DNA of 64,000 bases from Prasinococcaceae sp. CCMP 1430 (taxonomy: Eukaryota > Plantae > Prasinodermophyta): assembly GCA_013416795.1 (NCBI GenBank), contig RQSC01000029.1, forward strand, positions 642,230 through 706,229, in the 5' to 3' direction. Made by a program: the position numbers and the translations under genes. Numbering within the stretch: the first letter of the stretch is position 1; the number at the start of each line of letters is the position of its first letter. Below the pieces are notes generated by a model. It was not told the origin of the DNA, did no database searches, and saw only the letters and a list, made by a program, of their open reading frames with translations. Below are positions 1-12,400 of the stretch, in pieces.

Positions 1-942
1 GCGCGGCGCCGCTTGCGACCGCTCATCCGCGCGCTGCGGCCGGAGGCTCGCCGCGCGCGGGCGGCCGTGGTTGTGCCGCGCGCGTTGGAGGTCGAGGATG
101 GCGGCGTCTGGCTCGCTCGCCGCGGCTGCAGCACCGGGCGTTGGGGGTTGGGCGAGCTGTAATAAACAGGGCCGTTGAAAACTTCTACGAGCGGCAGATG
201 CTGGGGCGGTCCCCGCGCGCGCGTCGTCGCGCCGCTGCTGGCGAAATTTCGCGTGCGCGGCGGTCGAAAGAACAGCGACTGTGGTGCACAGCAGTGATTG
301 CAGGCGCGCACGTGGGAGCGCGCAGCGGGCGGGCAAGTGTGGCGCAGCGAGGGTCAGAGCTGTGTCGCGCGAAATAAAGCGAAAAATTGGGCGTGGTTGG
401 CCATCCGCCGCGCTCGCTTAGGGAGGCGTACGGTAATGAAAGTTCGCATGTGTAGGCACACGGCGCGGGGAAATGCCTGGGCAAAGCGGCGAGTGCATGC
501 GCGCACGCAAGCGCGCTCTGCGTGCGGGCACGTGCGGCGTGGTGAGGGTCGAAGCGGTGTTGGCAAAACACAGCGGTAAAATAAGTGTAGAGAAGCGCCC
601 GCTGTGCTCGCTGTGGTATTCTACAGGGCGCCATATCCGGCGTGTACGGTGCCACTATCAGCGGCTACTCGCTGGTGGATTTCGGTGCGCCGGCCCGCTT
701 TGACATGCAAAGAGTGGCTCTCAACGGCGTGCTTAGCAACCTCCTACGCTGGCGCCAAAGTTGCAAAAAAACGGCAAATACAAAAACAATCATAACTTTT
801 CGCTCCGGCGTCGTTATTGTAGTTTGAAAAGCGCTGTGGCCTCAACAGGGCCTCCTCCAGCCGCTGCTGTGCTCAAACGAAACAAAAACATGCGGCGAGA
901 ACGCTCGTGGGGGGCCGCCGCGGCGCCCTGCAAAGCCTGAAA

Positions 943-1032
943 AACCCTACCCTGAATTCAGGGTAGGGTTAGGGTTCGTTAGGGTTCGTTAGGGTTCGTT
1001 AGGGTTTAGGGTTTAGGGTTTAGGGTTTAGGG
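943..1032 (+). repeat. Interstitial telomeric repeat: 28-bp perfect palindrome, then (AGGGTTCGTT)3, then (TTTAGGG)4
   Basis: 943-970 AACCCTACCCTGAATTCAGGGTAGGGTT is self-complementary; 971-1000 holds three 10-mer variant units; 1005-1032 holds four Arabidopsis-type TTTAGGG units. Confidence 0.9.
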
Positions 1033-1702
1033 CGCCGCACGCACGCACTGCACCCCGTCGCCCCCCCGCGCGCTGGCGCGCGCGCGCACTTTTTCGCGCG
1101 CTTTTTTTTTTTTTTGCGCCCCCAACAGCCTCCCCGCCGCCGTCTCTCGCGGAGCCGGTTCGCGCGTTCGCCTCGCCGCGAAACGCCATGCGAGCGCAGG
1201 CCGAACGCGCGGGCGTGTGCGCGCGCGCGTCCGCCTTTTTTTTTTTTTGGAAGACGGAGCTCCGCCGCGCGTCCAGCGTCCGTCGGATTAAAAAAAAAAC
1301 AAAAACTGAGGAGGGAAGGCACCAACCAACGGGTGGGTACACGTACCCACAGGAGAGCCCTCCAACGGGCGATGCCCATGCACACGCACCGCCGCGCTCC
1401 GCGGCGTCCTTCCCCACGGGAGAGCACTCCCATGGCATGCCCTCGTCAAATCGCACGCGCCAAAACTCGAGCGCGCGCCCGCCTCCGCGCGGGCCGGGCG
1501 GCGTCGGCGTCGCGCCCTCGCCCGCGGGCAAAAAAAACCAAAAAAAAAAACCAGAGGTTTGCGGGTGCTTCCCCTTCCGGATGGGGTTCGTTCGCAGGCA
1601 AAAAAAAAAAACGGAGTTTTGCGGGTTCTTTATTCCGGATTGGGTTCGTTTGCGGAAGGAGGGCGCCGGGGTGCGGCGTGCCCCGGCGCGCCGCGAAGGG
1701 GG

Positions 1703-1959
1703 NNNNNNNNNNNNNNNNNNNNNNNNNNNNNNNNNNNNNNNNNNNNNNNNNNNNNNNNNNNNNNNNNNNNNNNNNNNNNNNNNNNNNNNNNNNNNNNNNN
1801 NNNNNNNNNNNNNNNNNNNNNNNNNNNNNNNNNNNNNNNNNNNNNNNNNNNNNNNNNNNNNNNNNNNNNNNNNNNNNNNNNNNNNNNNNNNNNNNNNNNN
1901 NNNNNNNNNNNNNNNNNNNNNNNNNNNNNNNNNNNNNNNNNNNNNNNNNNNNNNNNNNN
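1703..1959. other. Assembly gap (N run)
   Basis: 257 N; removes the 5' end of the LPMO-like gene. Confidence 1.
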
Positions 1960-3040
1960 GCTCGACGCGGCGGCCGCCGCCTTGGCGCCGCGCGCGGCGG
2001 AGGCGCACGGCCACCTGACGCTGCCAGCGTCGAGCCGCCACGGCGGCGACGTGGGGCTGGGCGGCGACTGCGCGAACGAGGCATGCTTCTGGTTCTCCAA
2101 CAACGTCGAGATTCCCGCGGAGCCGACGCTGCCCGACGCGGCGCGCAGCGTGAACGCCAACGCGACGGGCGCGGCCGACATCTACTCGACGTCGCCGTGG
2201 CGCGCGCCGGGCAGCGCGCCCGTCCTCGGCAGCGGCTGCGGCGCGGGCGGCGGCGGGCCGACGGCGTACGCCAACGGCGGCTACATCAAGTCCGCGCCGC
2301 AGGGCAAGGACGGCGCCGCGCTCCCGGCCGTCGAGCCCGTCGAATGGACCGCCGGCGACGTAGTGGAAGTGGGCTTCGCCATCGCGGCCAACCACGGCGG
2401 CGGATATCAGTACCGCGTGTGCCGGGTGGGCGACGACGGCGACGCCTCCGACGTCACCGAGGCGTGCTTCCAGCGCACACCGCTGCCGTTTGCCGGTACC
2501 ACGAGCGCCATCGCGTGGCCCGACGGCACGCGCAAGGAATTCGCGCGGTACGACGTGACCGAGGGCGTCACGCCCAAGGGTTTCGCGTGGGCGCGCGACC
2601 CTGTGCCCGGCTGCACCACCTGCGATCCGTACAGCTCGTGCGGCGCGCCATTGCCTCCCGTGCCGGGCTTCGTCAAGAGCGACTGGGATGACTGGGTCAA
2701 CTGCTGTGCCATGTGCGACGGCGCCGGGGAGTCAAAGGGCAGCACCGGCGCTTGCGAGTCCGGCACGCAGTTCCCCGAGCCCGCGGAGGGCATCAGCGGC
2801 TTCGGCAAGTCCGTGTGGCCATGGTCCGTCGTCGACAGCGTGCGGCTCCCCAAGGACCTGCCGGAGGGGCGTTACCTCCTGTCGTGGCGATGGGACTGCG
2901 AAGAGTCCACGCAGGTATGGCAAAATTGTGCAGACGTGCGCATCGCCGCCGCAAGCGAGGACCCGACGGCGCTCTCAGCGCTTGCGGCGGCAGTGCCGAG
3001 GAAAGCTGGCGTGTCGGCGGGCGCGCAGGCGGCGCGCTAG
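1960..3040 (+). CDS. Secreted lytic polysaccharide monooxygenase-like (His-brace, AA10/AA15-like) protein; start codon in gap
   Basis: Signal-peptide-like ...ALAPRAAEA|HGHLTLP places His1 at 2006-2008; second His in AANHGGGYQYRVC (2393-2395); C-terminal YLLSWRWDCEESTQVWQNCADV; many Cys; TAG at 3038-3040. Confidence 0.8.
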
Positions 3041-3256
3041 GCGCGCGCGCGCGCGCACGGAGCCACCCGGGCTCATTCCTACTGCGGTGGTAATTTTAAT
3101 ACAGGACCTCTCACCACTAAGCGCCAGAGACGGCGCGCTCGCCTCGCCGGCGGCACCTGTCTGCTCACTGTGCCGCGCGTGCTCTGCTGCTGCCTGCCTC
3201 CGCCCCCACCCACCCCACCCGTGCGCGGACGCGTTGTTTGCGTGCGTGCGTGTGTT

Positions 3257-6200
3257 TCACTTGCGGCCGCGGATCTCACAGGCGTTGACCTTTTGCGCGA
3301 ATCGCAGCGAGCACAGGCTCTCACTCGCGCTCGACTCCTCGTGGGCGACGTTCACAAACATGAGGCACCTGCGAGCGTGAGGGCGCGCGCGCAGGGCCGA
3401 GGCCCGAGGGGTCAGCCTGATGCGCCCGTGCAAAGGCCCAAGCGCGCGCGCGCGGGCGCGCTCGCGAACGCACTTGGCATCGCCACCGAGGCAAGGTTGC
3501 AGCAGGTAGGTGAGCTTGCTATTCCTGAAGGGCACATGCTTGTCGCCCGCGGCGAGGCCCTTGATGACGTCGCCGAGCGCGGCGAGCGACTTGTTGATGT
3601 GCGCGGTCTCTTTCGCGCGGTCGCCCGTGGCGCCCGACCTGGAGAGCCTCTCCGAGCCGGCCAAGTCGATGAGGTTGAGCACGCCGTCCACCTCCTCGTC
3701 GGTGGCCGCGCACGCGCCCTGGATGCGCAGCGTAAAGACGCAGTGCGAACGCGACGAGCGCTCGTTCATAGCAGTCTTGCCGATGGAGCGCGCTCTCAGC
3801 GCCCGGTCGAGCAGCTGCTGCAGCTCCTCGCGCGAGCCCACTTCCACGGTGGTGGCACCGACCACAGTGGCGGGCGACTTGCCGTCGTGCTTGATGTCGA
3901 GCTTGGGCGGCGGCTTTTGCTCGTCCATGGGCTGCGCCTTGCGCTTGGGCTTGGAGGCATCCTCCTTGAGCAGATCCTGCAGCATTTCGTTGTACACCTC
4001 CAGCATGGACGCCGTCATGTTGAACTCCCAGCCCTTGGCGGCGAGCGCCTCAGAGCTGCTGAAGATGTGCGCCAGCGCGCGCGGGATCAGGCCCGCGCCA
4101 TCATCCTCGGCGTTGCTGCTCGAGCCGAGCATTGTGTGGGTCTATTCCAGCGCGCGCCGAGAGAGGCGGCGCGGCCAGTCCTGTCAGCGCTGCGCATGCA
4201 TGTCGATGCGCGCGACAGATGGGGGGGGCAAGCCGCGTCAAAGCGCACGCGTCATGGGCAGCGAGCGCGTTCAGAACATCAAGCTCAGAGAGGCGCGCTG
4301 TCATGTCGGCGGTCAAAGATCGCGGACGCCACGTGCCTTGCCCGAGCCCGTCTGGCCGTACGCGAAGATGCACACCCTGTAGCCATCGAGGGCACTCTGC
4401 ACCAGCTGGCCAACCTCATCGAACACGTCCGCCTGGTTCGCATGCGGCGCGAAAACCTTGTCAAAGGTGAAGTCGTGCACGCCTGACTTGGGCCCGGCGT
4501 CAAGAGCGATGCAGCGGCCGCGCGTATCGGCGGATCCCGGCGGGAACGACACGGGGCCGTCCTCCTCCATATCTGCGACGCGACACAGGGTGTTGGGGTA
4601 AGGAGTAGGAGGATCAGAGGGGCGGCGCAGGCGAGGTAACACACGACGGCCGGGCGCGCGTCAGCATGCACAAAGAGACGGCAGCAGCGGCGCATTTGCG
4701 ATCTACGAGAGACGAGGTCATCGCTGCAGGCACGACAAACACGTACCGTCGTTCGAGGGAGGGCGTACGCGGCAAAAGACGCGAATGTTGCCCTTGAGCT
4801 CCTGTATCTGGTTGTGCAGCTTCCTGCGCATTGACTCCATCTCCTCGACCTTCTTGTCAGCGATTGCAATGCCCTCCTCAAGCTCGGCATTGCGCGCGCT
4901 CAAGCGCTCCGCCATCTTCTGCGCGTCACCTGCGCCCTGCTCAAGCACGTTCACACGCTGCGTGGCCATCGCCAGCTGAGTCTTGAGCTGCTCGATCATC
5001 TCCTCCTGCGTCGCGCAGCTCTCGCTCAGATCGACCGCATGCTGCAGGTGCTCCTTGAGCTCCTGCGCGGACTTGCCGGTCACAAGCCTATACTCGTCGA
5101 TGCCCGCCTGAAGCTCGGCCTCGCGCCGCGTGGCTGCGTCCTTCACGCCCGCGAGCTCAGCGCCGGCGGCCTCTTGTGCGGCGGCAAGCTCAGCCGCCGC
5201 GGCAGCGGCCGCGGCCTGTGCATCGGCGTCGGCCTTGGCGGCGGCCTCGGCAGCGGCAGCTTCGGCCTGCGCAAGCGATGCTGCGGCGGCCTCGGCGGCG
5301 GCGGCGGCCGCCGCCTTGACTCCCTCCACCTCTGCGGCGAGCGCCGCGTGCTGCTCCTGGGCGGCGCTCAGCTTGCCCTGAAGCGCGGCGCTCTCCTCCT
5401 TCGAGGCGAGGAGCTCCGCTTCGATGGCGGAGACCCTGAGCGTTCGCGCAGCACGCACAGGGGCGCACGAAGGAGGTGAGTACGAAGGGTCGTGTCAGCG
5501 ATGCGTGTTGTGCGCGACACGCGCGAACGGCGAGCGGCGCGCGCGTAGCCCGCGCTCACAACGCACTTCTCGCCAAGGGACGCCGCCTGGGCGGAGGCGG
5601 CCTGCAGCTCAGCCTCCACAGAGAACTTGGCCTCGGTGAGCTCCTTGATGTCGGCGGCGCGCGACTCAGCCTCTTGCTTCGACTTGGCAAGCGCGGCCTC
5701 GGAGGCTGCGAGCTCGGCCTTGGTGCTCGTGAGCGTAGCGGTCGCTTGCTTGAGCTCGGACTCCACGTTGGCGAGCTTGTCCTCGAGCTCAGAGCGGCGC
5801 GCGTTGGCGTCGGCCAGCTGCTCCTTGCTGGCGGCCACGCTCCCTTCGAGTGTGGCACACTGGCCCTGCGAGGCAGCCAGCTCGCTTTGGACGCCCGCCT
5901 TTTCTGTCTGCAGCGCAGAGACGATCTCTGCATGCTTCTCAGCCTCGGCGGACATCTTGGAGTTGTACTTTTGCAGGTCGACGTTATACGCCTGCAGCTT
6001 GTCGTGCGCATCCGCCTGCTCCTTGATGCGCTCTTCGCACTCGGCCTTCGCCGCCTTGAGGCTGCTGAGGTCATCCTCAAGACTCTTAACAGAGGCTTTG
6101 TGCGTGGCGAGCGCCTCCGTCTTGTCCTGCGCGTCCTTAGAGAGCTTGAGGTTGTCCGCGCAGGCAGCCTGCAGCTTTCCCTCCACGGCGGCCTTCGCCT

Positions 6201-6874
6201 TGGTCAGGTTCGCGAGGTCGCCCTCGAGCTTGCTCTGCAGATCCTTGAGGGCGTCGCGCTCGACGGCGTGCTGGAGGTGGCGTGCGCGCCGACGCGCGCG
6301 TCGGGCGACCCGCGGCTAGAGTCAGCTTGCAAGGCCATGATTGCGTCGCGCGCACCGAGTGCCTACCGCCTCGCGCCGACGGTCGCGCGGCCCGCAGCGT
6401 CCGCGGCGCTGAGCGGCGCCGCACCTTCTCGTCGAGCTCGACGAGCATGGCGCTGAGGCGCTCGCGCTCGCCGCTGAATCCGGAGGTCTGGTCGAGCATG
6501 ACGGAGCACGCCGCGCGCAGACGCTTGATGTACGAGCTCATCTGCTCGCATTTGCCCTTGTAGTCGAACTTGGACTTGCCGACCATGCGCTCGGCGAGGA
6601 GCGCGGGCACGTCTTCCAGGTCGACGTTGTCGTCCGCCCCCGCGGCCAGCACGCCGCGCGCATAGCCGCGGCGCTTGGGCGACCCCGCCGGCGACTCTCC
6701 ACCCTCGCTCTTGCGCTTGCGCGCAACGGGCGTGCCGGCGTTGCCCACCGCGGGGCCCGTGTAGTTATACTCGGCGAGGATCTGCCGCTTCGCCTCGGCG
6801 GACGCCGCCGTCGGCAGCGCGTACCGCGGCGGCCTCGGCAGGCGCGACTCCTTCTTCGCGCCCTCGGACACCAT
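3257..6874 (-). CDS. KIN14: Kinesin-14 (C-terminal motor, ATK1/KIFC1/Kar3 type), multi-exon
   Basis: Basic N-terminal tail ([16 protein letters not shown]), long coiled coil, neck [15 protein letters not shown]-loop [10 protein letters not shown], switch I NERSSRSH, switch [28 protein letters not shown], in exons spread over several ORFs. Confidence 0.95.
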
Positions 6875-8057
6875 CGCCTCTGCGCGTGGGGGCGCCACGG
6901 GCGCGTTCGCGCGTCGGCCCGCGGAGAAAAGGGGGAAAGGGGGGAGAGGGGCGGTCTCGATCGCTGCTGCAGCGGCGGCGTGGCGGCGCTGGGGCACCGA
7001 GCTGTGGCGCCCGCCCGCCGCGGGCGCGCGCGCGCCACATCCCGCGCGCGCAACCCGCGGAATTTCCCGAGCCGCCCTTCGCAGGCCCTTCGATGGCGCT
7101 TCGCGGCCGCGCGCGCGCCCCAAATGCGGACCCGCGATTTTCAGCGGGACCGCACCCCGCGCTAACAACGCCGCGGGGGGGGGGGGCCGAGCGCCCGCGA
7201 ATCCGCGCGACGATCCGCAGCCCGTTTGACACCAATCGCGGATTCAAACAACACTGAAATCCGAACCGAAAATTTGGTTCCGCGCACGTCGCAACGGCTA
7301 CTTCCCACCTGCGGGCGATGCGATGCCACCTGGCCGACGCTGGGGTTTGGGTTGGCAACGTCGAAACGGCGCAGCCTTAAATGCGTTTTGACCACGCACG
7401 CGTCGCATACATGTTAGGGTATACTGGTGTGACAATGTATGTAGGGTTAAAAACCCGCGTCGAAATCGCGGCAGGGGACATATGTGTTCATCATGAGATC
7501 ATGCGCACCCACGGGCGCGCATGTTGGCGCAAGCAACACGCCAGTCGGCGCATTCGATTTGATGGGGCGGAAGCGCGCATTGCATTTGAGGCGGTGCGGA
7601 GCGGCCGAGGCCCGGCGGGGTTGAGCGGGGCGGTTCCCCGAAGGGGGCGCGCCGAGTTGGGCGCGCGGGGGCCGACGGCAGGGGTGGGGGCAGGAGGTGG
7701 TCGGGGAGGGTGGGTGGGTGGGGTGGGGTGGAATGGGGGGATGTGGGGTGCGCGCCGACCGCGCGCTTGGCGGCGATGCGGGCGGCGGCGGCGAGACGGC
7801 TAGCAATCTCAGGCACAGCGCGAGCGCGGCGGACGGCAGGCGAGGAAGGCCGCGATCGTCCGGAGGCGCAAAAACGCGCGTGCAGGCGCGTGCGGGCACG
7901 TCGGGCGCGTTTGGCGGGTGGGTGGGTGGGTGGGTTTTGGGTGGGTAGGTCGGTGGGAGTGTGGGCGAGGGTGCGCAGGCTGTGAGGGTGGGGGGCGCGG
8001 GAGCGGGCACGGGCGCGCTCGTGGTCGGGCGAGGGAGGCGGGCGCGGCGGCGGCGCG

Positions 8058-9058
8058 ATGCGCATCGAGGAGGTCGATGACAGGCCTGCGCCGGCAGATG
8101 GGACCGCTGTTACCCGTGGTGCCACTGGAATTGCGAGTGCTGCGTGCGCGTCGCCCTCAATGGATGGCGAGGTGGCCTCGGAGCGCGCGCGACTGCACGC
8201 AAAGTACGCCGAGGCGGCGCGCGCGCGCGCCGCCGCCGCCGCGGCTGCGGGGGGCGGGGCGGCGACGGGGCAGGGCGCAGCCGTGGGGGCAACGCTCGAC
8301 GACCAAATTGCGGCTGGTGCCGCAGCGGCAGATGAGGCCTACCGTAACGCGCCTGCAGCCACTGGCTGGCAGGTCAAGCCCTGCATGGCGTGCGACTCCT
8401 CAGGCAGCATCAAAGTCGACTACAACGGACGTACGCTGACGCGACAATGCGACAAGTGCGAGGGGGAGGCCACATGCAAGGTGCGCGAGGGTGTCTATTC
8501 GCGCACCTCTCAGCGCGCGCGCCAGCGCGCGCTTCCCCGGCGCGCGCGCAAATCCTCCGCGCGCGGGGCCTATGCACGCGCGTGCTGACGCGCGCGCGCG
8601 CGCGCGGCAGATGTGGTGCGGCCCCGGGCCAGAACCGGCCGGTGGAGCAGACGGCGCAGAGCAGCAGGGCAAGGGGGGAGAGGACACCTACGAACAGGTC
8701 ACGCGCAAGCGCCTCGATGCATTGGAGGCACAAAGCGTGAAGTACACGGTGGAGGTGCGTTTTTGCACGCCTTTGCGCTCGCGCGCTCGCGCTGTCGCCG
8801 GAGTCCGAGCGCACGATCGCGACGGTGCACATGGGGCGTTTGCGATGCGCGCGTTCTGACGCCACGCGCGGTTATGCGCGCTACCGCGCGCAGGCGGCCA
8901 TGCTGAGGAGAAGCGCGCAGACCGCGTCGGAATCCGCGCAGAAGGCAGCGCTAGAGGCGCTGGCTGCGCAGCTCGACGCGCAGGCGGCCAGTATTGGCGC
9001 CAAGCTGCAAACGGCCGCGACGCTCGCGCAGCGCCCGGACGGGGTCACCAGCTTGTAA
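8058..9058 (+). CDS. Hypothetical protein with a DnaJ-type CxxC...CxxC zinc-finger pair, 3 exons
   Basis: MRIEEVDD... CMACDSSGS...CDKCEGEATCK; GTGCG...CTGAC...CAG introns join MWCGPG...YTVE and AAMLRRS...VTSL*. Confidence 0.6.
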
Positions 9059-9412
9059 CAGTGCCGAGGGCAGCGCTGCGCACGAGGAACCACGCGTCCC
9101 TGTGTACACGCAGCACACGCTCCCAAACGCTCCGCGGGCGCACACGCTCGCCTGCCATCTCGGCGCGAGCACCTGATCCTGAGTTGTGCGACCTAAGAGT
9201 GGTCAATTACATCGGCCTCAAGCTCCAACACGAGCTAAAACTTGGAGAGCCAGCGAGAGGCGCGAGGCCGCGGCGAGCGCACAAATGGAGCACTCTGCGT
9301 ACAGCGCGGCCTGGCCTCGGGGGCAAGTGGGAAAGGGGGGAAAGGCGCCGCCGGCGCGCGCTCGGGCGCGCACAGGCGGGCAAGAGTTTGCACCACCGGT
9401 AATCGGAGGCGT

Positions 9413-12400
9413 TTACACCCACTGCGGGTTCGCACACACGGCACGAGCGGGCGTTGCGCGTCAGCGGCTTGACATAGCGCTGGGCACGCGCGGCAGCGGC
9501 AGCGGCAGCGGCGGCGGCAGCGGCGCCGCACGCTCGCGCAAGATGCACGCCGCGCCCCCGCGCGCCCGCGCGGCGCGCAGCATGAACGTACCCAGGGGGG
9601 AGTGTCGGTGCGGAAGTCCTGCTCGGTCCAGGTGGACAGCTGCACGGTGCCGGCGTCATCGATGTTGACGTGCGCAAGCGCGAGCGAGAGCGGGGCCGGG
9701 CCGCGGACCTTCTTGCCGGTCGCGTCGTAGCGCGAGCCGTGGCACGGGCACTGGAACTGCTTGTCGACCGGGTTCCAGGGCACGACGCAGCCAAGGTGGG
9801 TGCACACGGCGTTGAGGCCGTAGTCGTTGATCGTGCCGTCGTCGTTGACGATGAGGTAGGTGGCGTCACCCTTGAGGCCCTGCACGAGCTTGCGGTCGCC
9901 CGCCGGGTGGTCGGCGAGCCACTTCGTCTGGGTGACCACACCGCCGGTGGCGTCAAGCGCGGCCTGGCCGCCGCCCGAGCCGCCGGCAGTCTGGGGGATG
10001 AAGAACTCGACGTACGGCACAAGCAGGCCGGTCACCGGGAGCCCCACGGCACCGCCGAGCGCGAGGTTCATCAGGTTGCGCTTCTTGCGGTCGGGCACCT
10101 CGCCCGACACCGCGGCGGCGCAGGTCACCTGGCGCGCCGCCTGCGCGGCCGGCGCCTTGGCGGCCGGGCGCGCGACGGCCTTGCCAGCGAAGCTGGGGGG
10201 CGCGCGGCGTCGGTAGCGTCGCATCNNNNNNNNNNNNNNNNNNNNNNNNNNNNNNNNNNNNNNNNNNNNNNNNNNNNNNNNNNNNNNNNNNNNNNNNNNN
10301 NNNNNNNNNNNNNNNNNNNNNNNNNNNNNNNNNNNNNNNNNNNNNNNNNNNNNNNNNNNNNNNNNNNNNNNNNNNNNNNNNNNNNNNNNNNNNNNNNNNN
10401 NNNNNNNNNNNNNNNNNNNNNNNNNNNNNNNNNNNNNNNNNNNNNNNNNNNNNNNNNNNNNNNNNNNNNNNNNNNNNNNNNNNNNNNNNNNNNNNNNNNN
10501 NNNNNNNNNNNNNNNNNNNNNNNNNNNNNNNNNNNNNNNNNNNNNNNNNNNNNNNNNNNNNNNNNNNNNNNNNNNNNNNNNNNNNNNNNNNNNNNNNNNN
10601 NNNNNNNNNNNNNNNNNNNNNNNNNNNNNNNNNNNNNNNNNNNNNNNNNNNNNNNNNNNNNNNNNNNNNNNNNNNNNNNNNNNNNNNNNNNNNNNNNNNN
10701 NNNNNNNNNNNNNNNNNNNNNNNNNNNNNNNNNNNNNNNNNNNNNNNNNNNNNNNNNNNNNNNNNNNNNNNNNNNNNNNNNNNNNNNNNNNNNNNNNNNN
10801 NNNNNNNNNNNNNNNNNNNNNNNNNNNNNNNNNNNNNNNNNNNNNNNNNNNNNNNNNNNNNNNNNNNNNNNNNNNNNNNNNNNNNNNNNNNNNNNNNNNN
10901 NNNNNNNNNNNNNNNNNNNNNNNNNNNNNNNNNNNNNNNNNNNNNNNNNNNNNNNNNNNNNNNNNNNNNNNNNNNNNNNNNNNNNNNNNNNNNNNNNNNN
11001 NNNNNNNNNNNNNNNNNNNNNNNNNNNNNNNNNNNNNNNNNNNNNNNNNNNNNNNNNNNNNNNNNNNNNNNNNNNNNNNNNNNNNNNNNNNNNNNNNNNN
11101 NNNNNNNNNNNNNNNNNNNNNNNNNNNNNNNNNNNNNNNNNNNNNNNNNNNNNNNNNNNNNNNNNNNNNNNNNNNNNNNNNNNNNNNNNNNNNNNNNNNN
11201 NCGCGCCGCCAGCGAGTCGCCACGCCACGCCCGGCCTGCGAGCACAGCCTGCTGCGCGCCCACCTGCGCGCGCCGAGGCTGCGTGCCAACGCCCGTGCCC
11301 AGCCCGCGCCCGTCCGTGAGCCTCGCGCCCCCCCCGATCGCGCGGCCGCTGGCATCACTCCTGCGGTGCGCGTACCCCATCCCCCACATGACCGCCGCGC
11401 CCGACCCCGCCGCGGACCCCGACGCCGCGCCCCGCTCGACGGCGCTCGCGACCAGCCAGACGAGCGAGAGATAGATAGATAGCTCCAGCCAGCTGCGCCG
11501 TGCGCGAACACGTCCCCACCCAGCCACACCTCGCGCACAGCTTCACGACTCCTCCAGCCAGCCAGCCGAGCACCGCCGCCCACCTAACCCCACCTCCCCA
11601 CCACATCAAACAAAGTGACCGCGTCGGTCGGTGCAGATGACGGCGCCGCCGGCCCGAAAATGGGATTCGGGTTAGCCCTCGCGTTAGGGTTTCATTCTCA
11701 ACAAATTCCAACGCGTTGCAATTTCCGATGGATCCGATTTCGGCCTCCGCCCGACCGACTTTTCTGCACGCGCGCGCGCTTCCCTCCCACGTGCACGCGG
11801 ATTTTCCTCCACGCTTCTCCGTTTTTTTTTTTATGTTTTTTTTTTCATTCTCCTTCTCTGCCTCTCCTTTGGTCGCGCCTTCCTTTTTTTTTTTTTGCCT
11901 TCCTTTTCGTGCCGCGTCCATCCGTGTGCCGTGGGTTAAGGCGCGCGTGCGGGTTTTCCGCTTCGGTCTTTTTGTGGGCCTTTTTTTTTTCCGTCGTGCG
12001 GCTGGTTTGTCCGTGTGGTTTGATTTGCAGCATTTCGGCTTTTTTTTGAGTTTTTTTTGGTGTGCGGTGTGTTTGTGTGTGTGTGAGTGAGGGTTGCAGG
12101 TGCGCTGCGGCGGCGGGGCGGGGCGCCGCGGCGAGGGGGTGCGCCATACAGCGCGAGCGCGCGCGGGGGGTGGAGGTCGCGCGTTCCCTCGAGGGAGGGG
12201 CATGGCCGCCGTCGCCGCCGCGCGCCATCGAGCCCAACAGCGCGGAGCAGCCGATGTTCGAGATCGGCTCCGTCACCAAGGTCTTCACCGGCCTGCTGCT
12301 GGCGCAGGCGGTGGAGCGCGGCGACCTCAAGCTCGACGACAGCGTGGGCAAGCTGCTCGCGGGCAAGGTCGAGACGCGCGGGGGCCCTCGCGCGCGCGCG

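Noticed and set aside
1080-1702. Long ORFs and poly-A/poly-T-rich sequence between the telomeric array and the gap
   Set aside because: Homopolymer-laden, garbled sequence next to an N-run is typical of low-quality gap-fill reads; the translations are R/A/P-rich nonsense.
3170-4486. Long antisense ORFs over real genes (also 49579-52512, 52642-53769, 41357-42310 and others)
   Set aside because: Shadow ORFs produced by GC-rich codon bias on the strand opposite kinesin, clathrin and ALG6.
11600-12100. T-rich tract with Lys-rich or Phe-rich ORFs and one TTAGGG-like word
   Set aside because: Same low-quality signature; lies inside petC intron 1; no family motifs.
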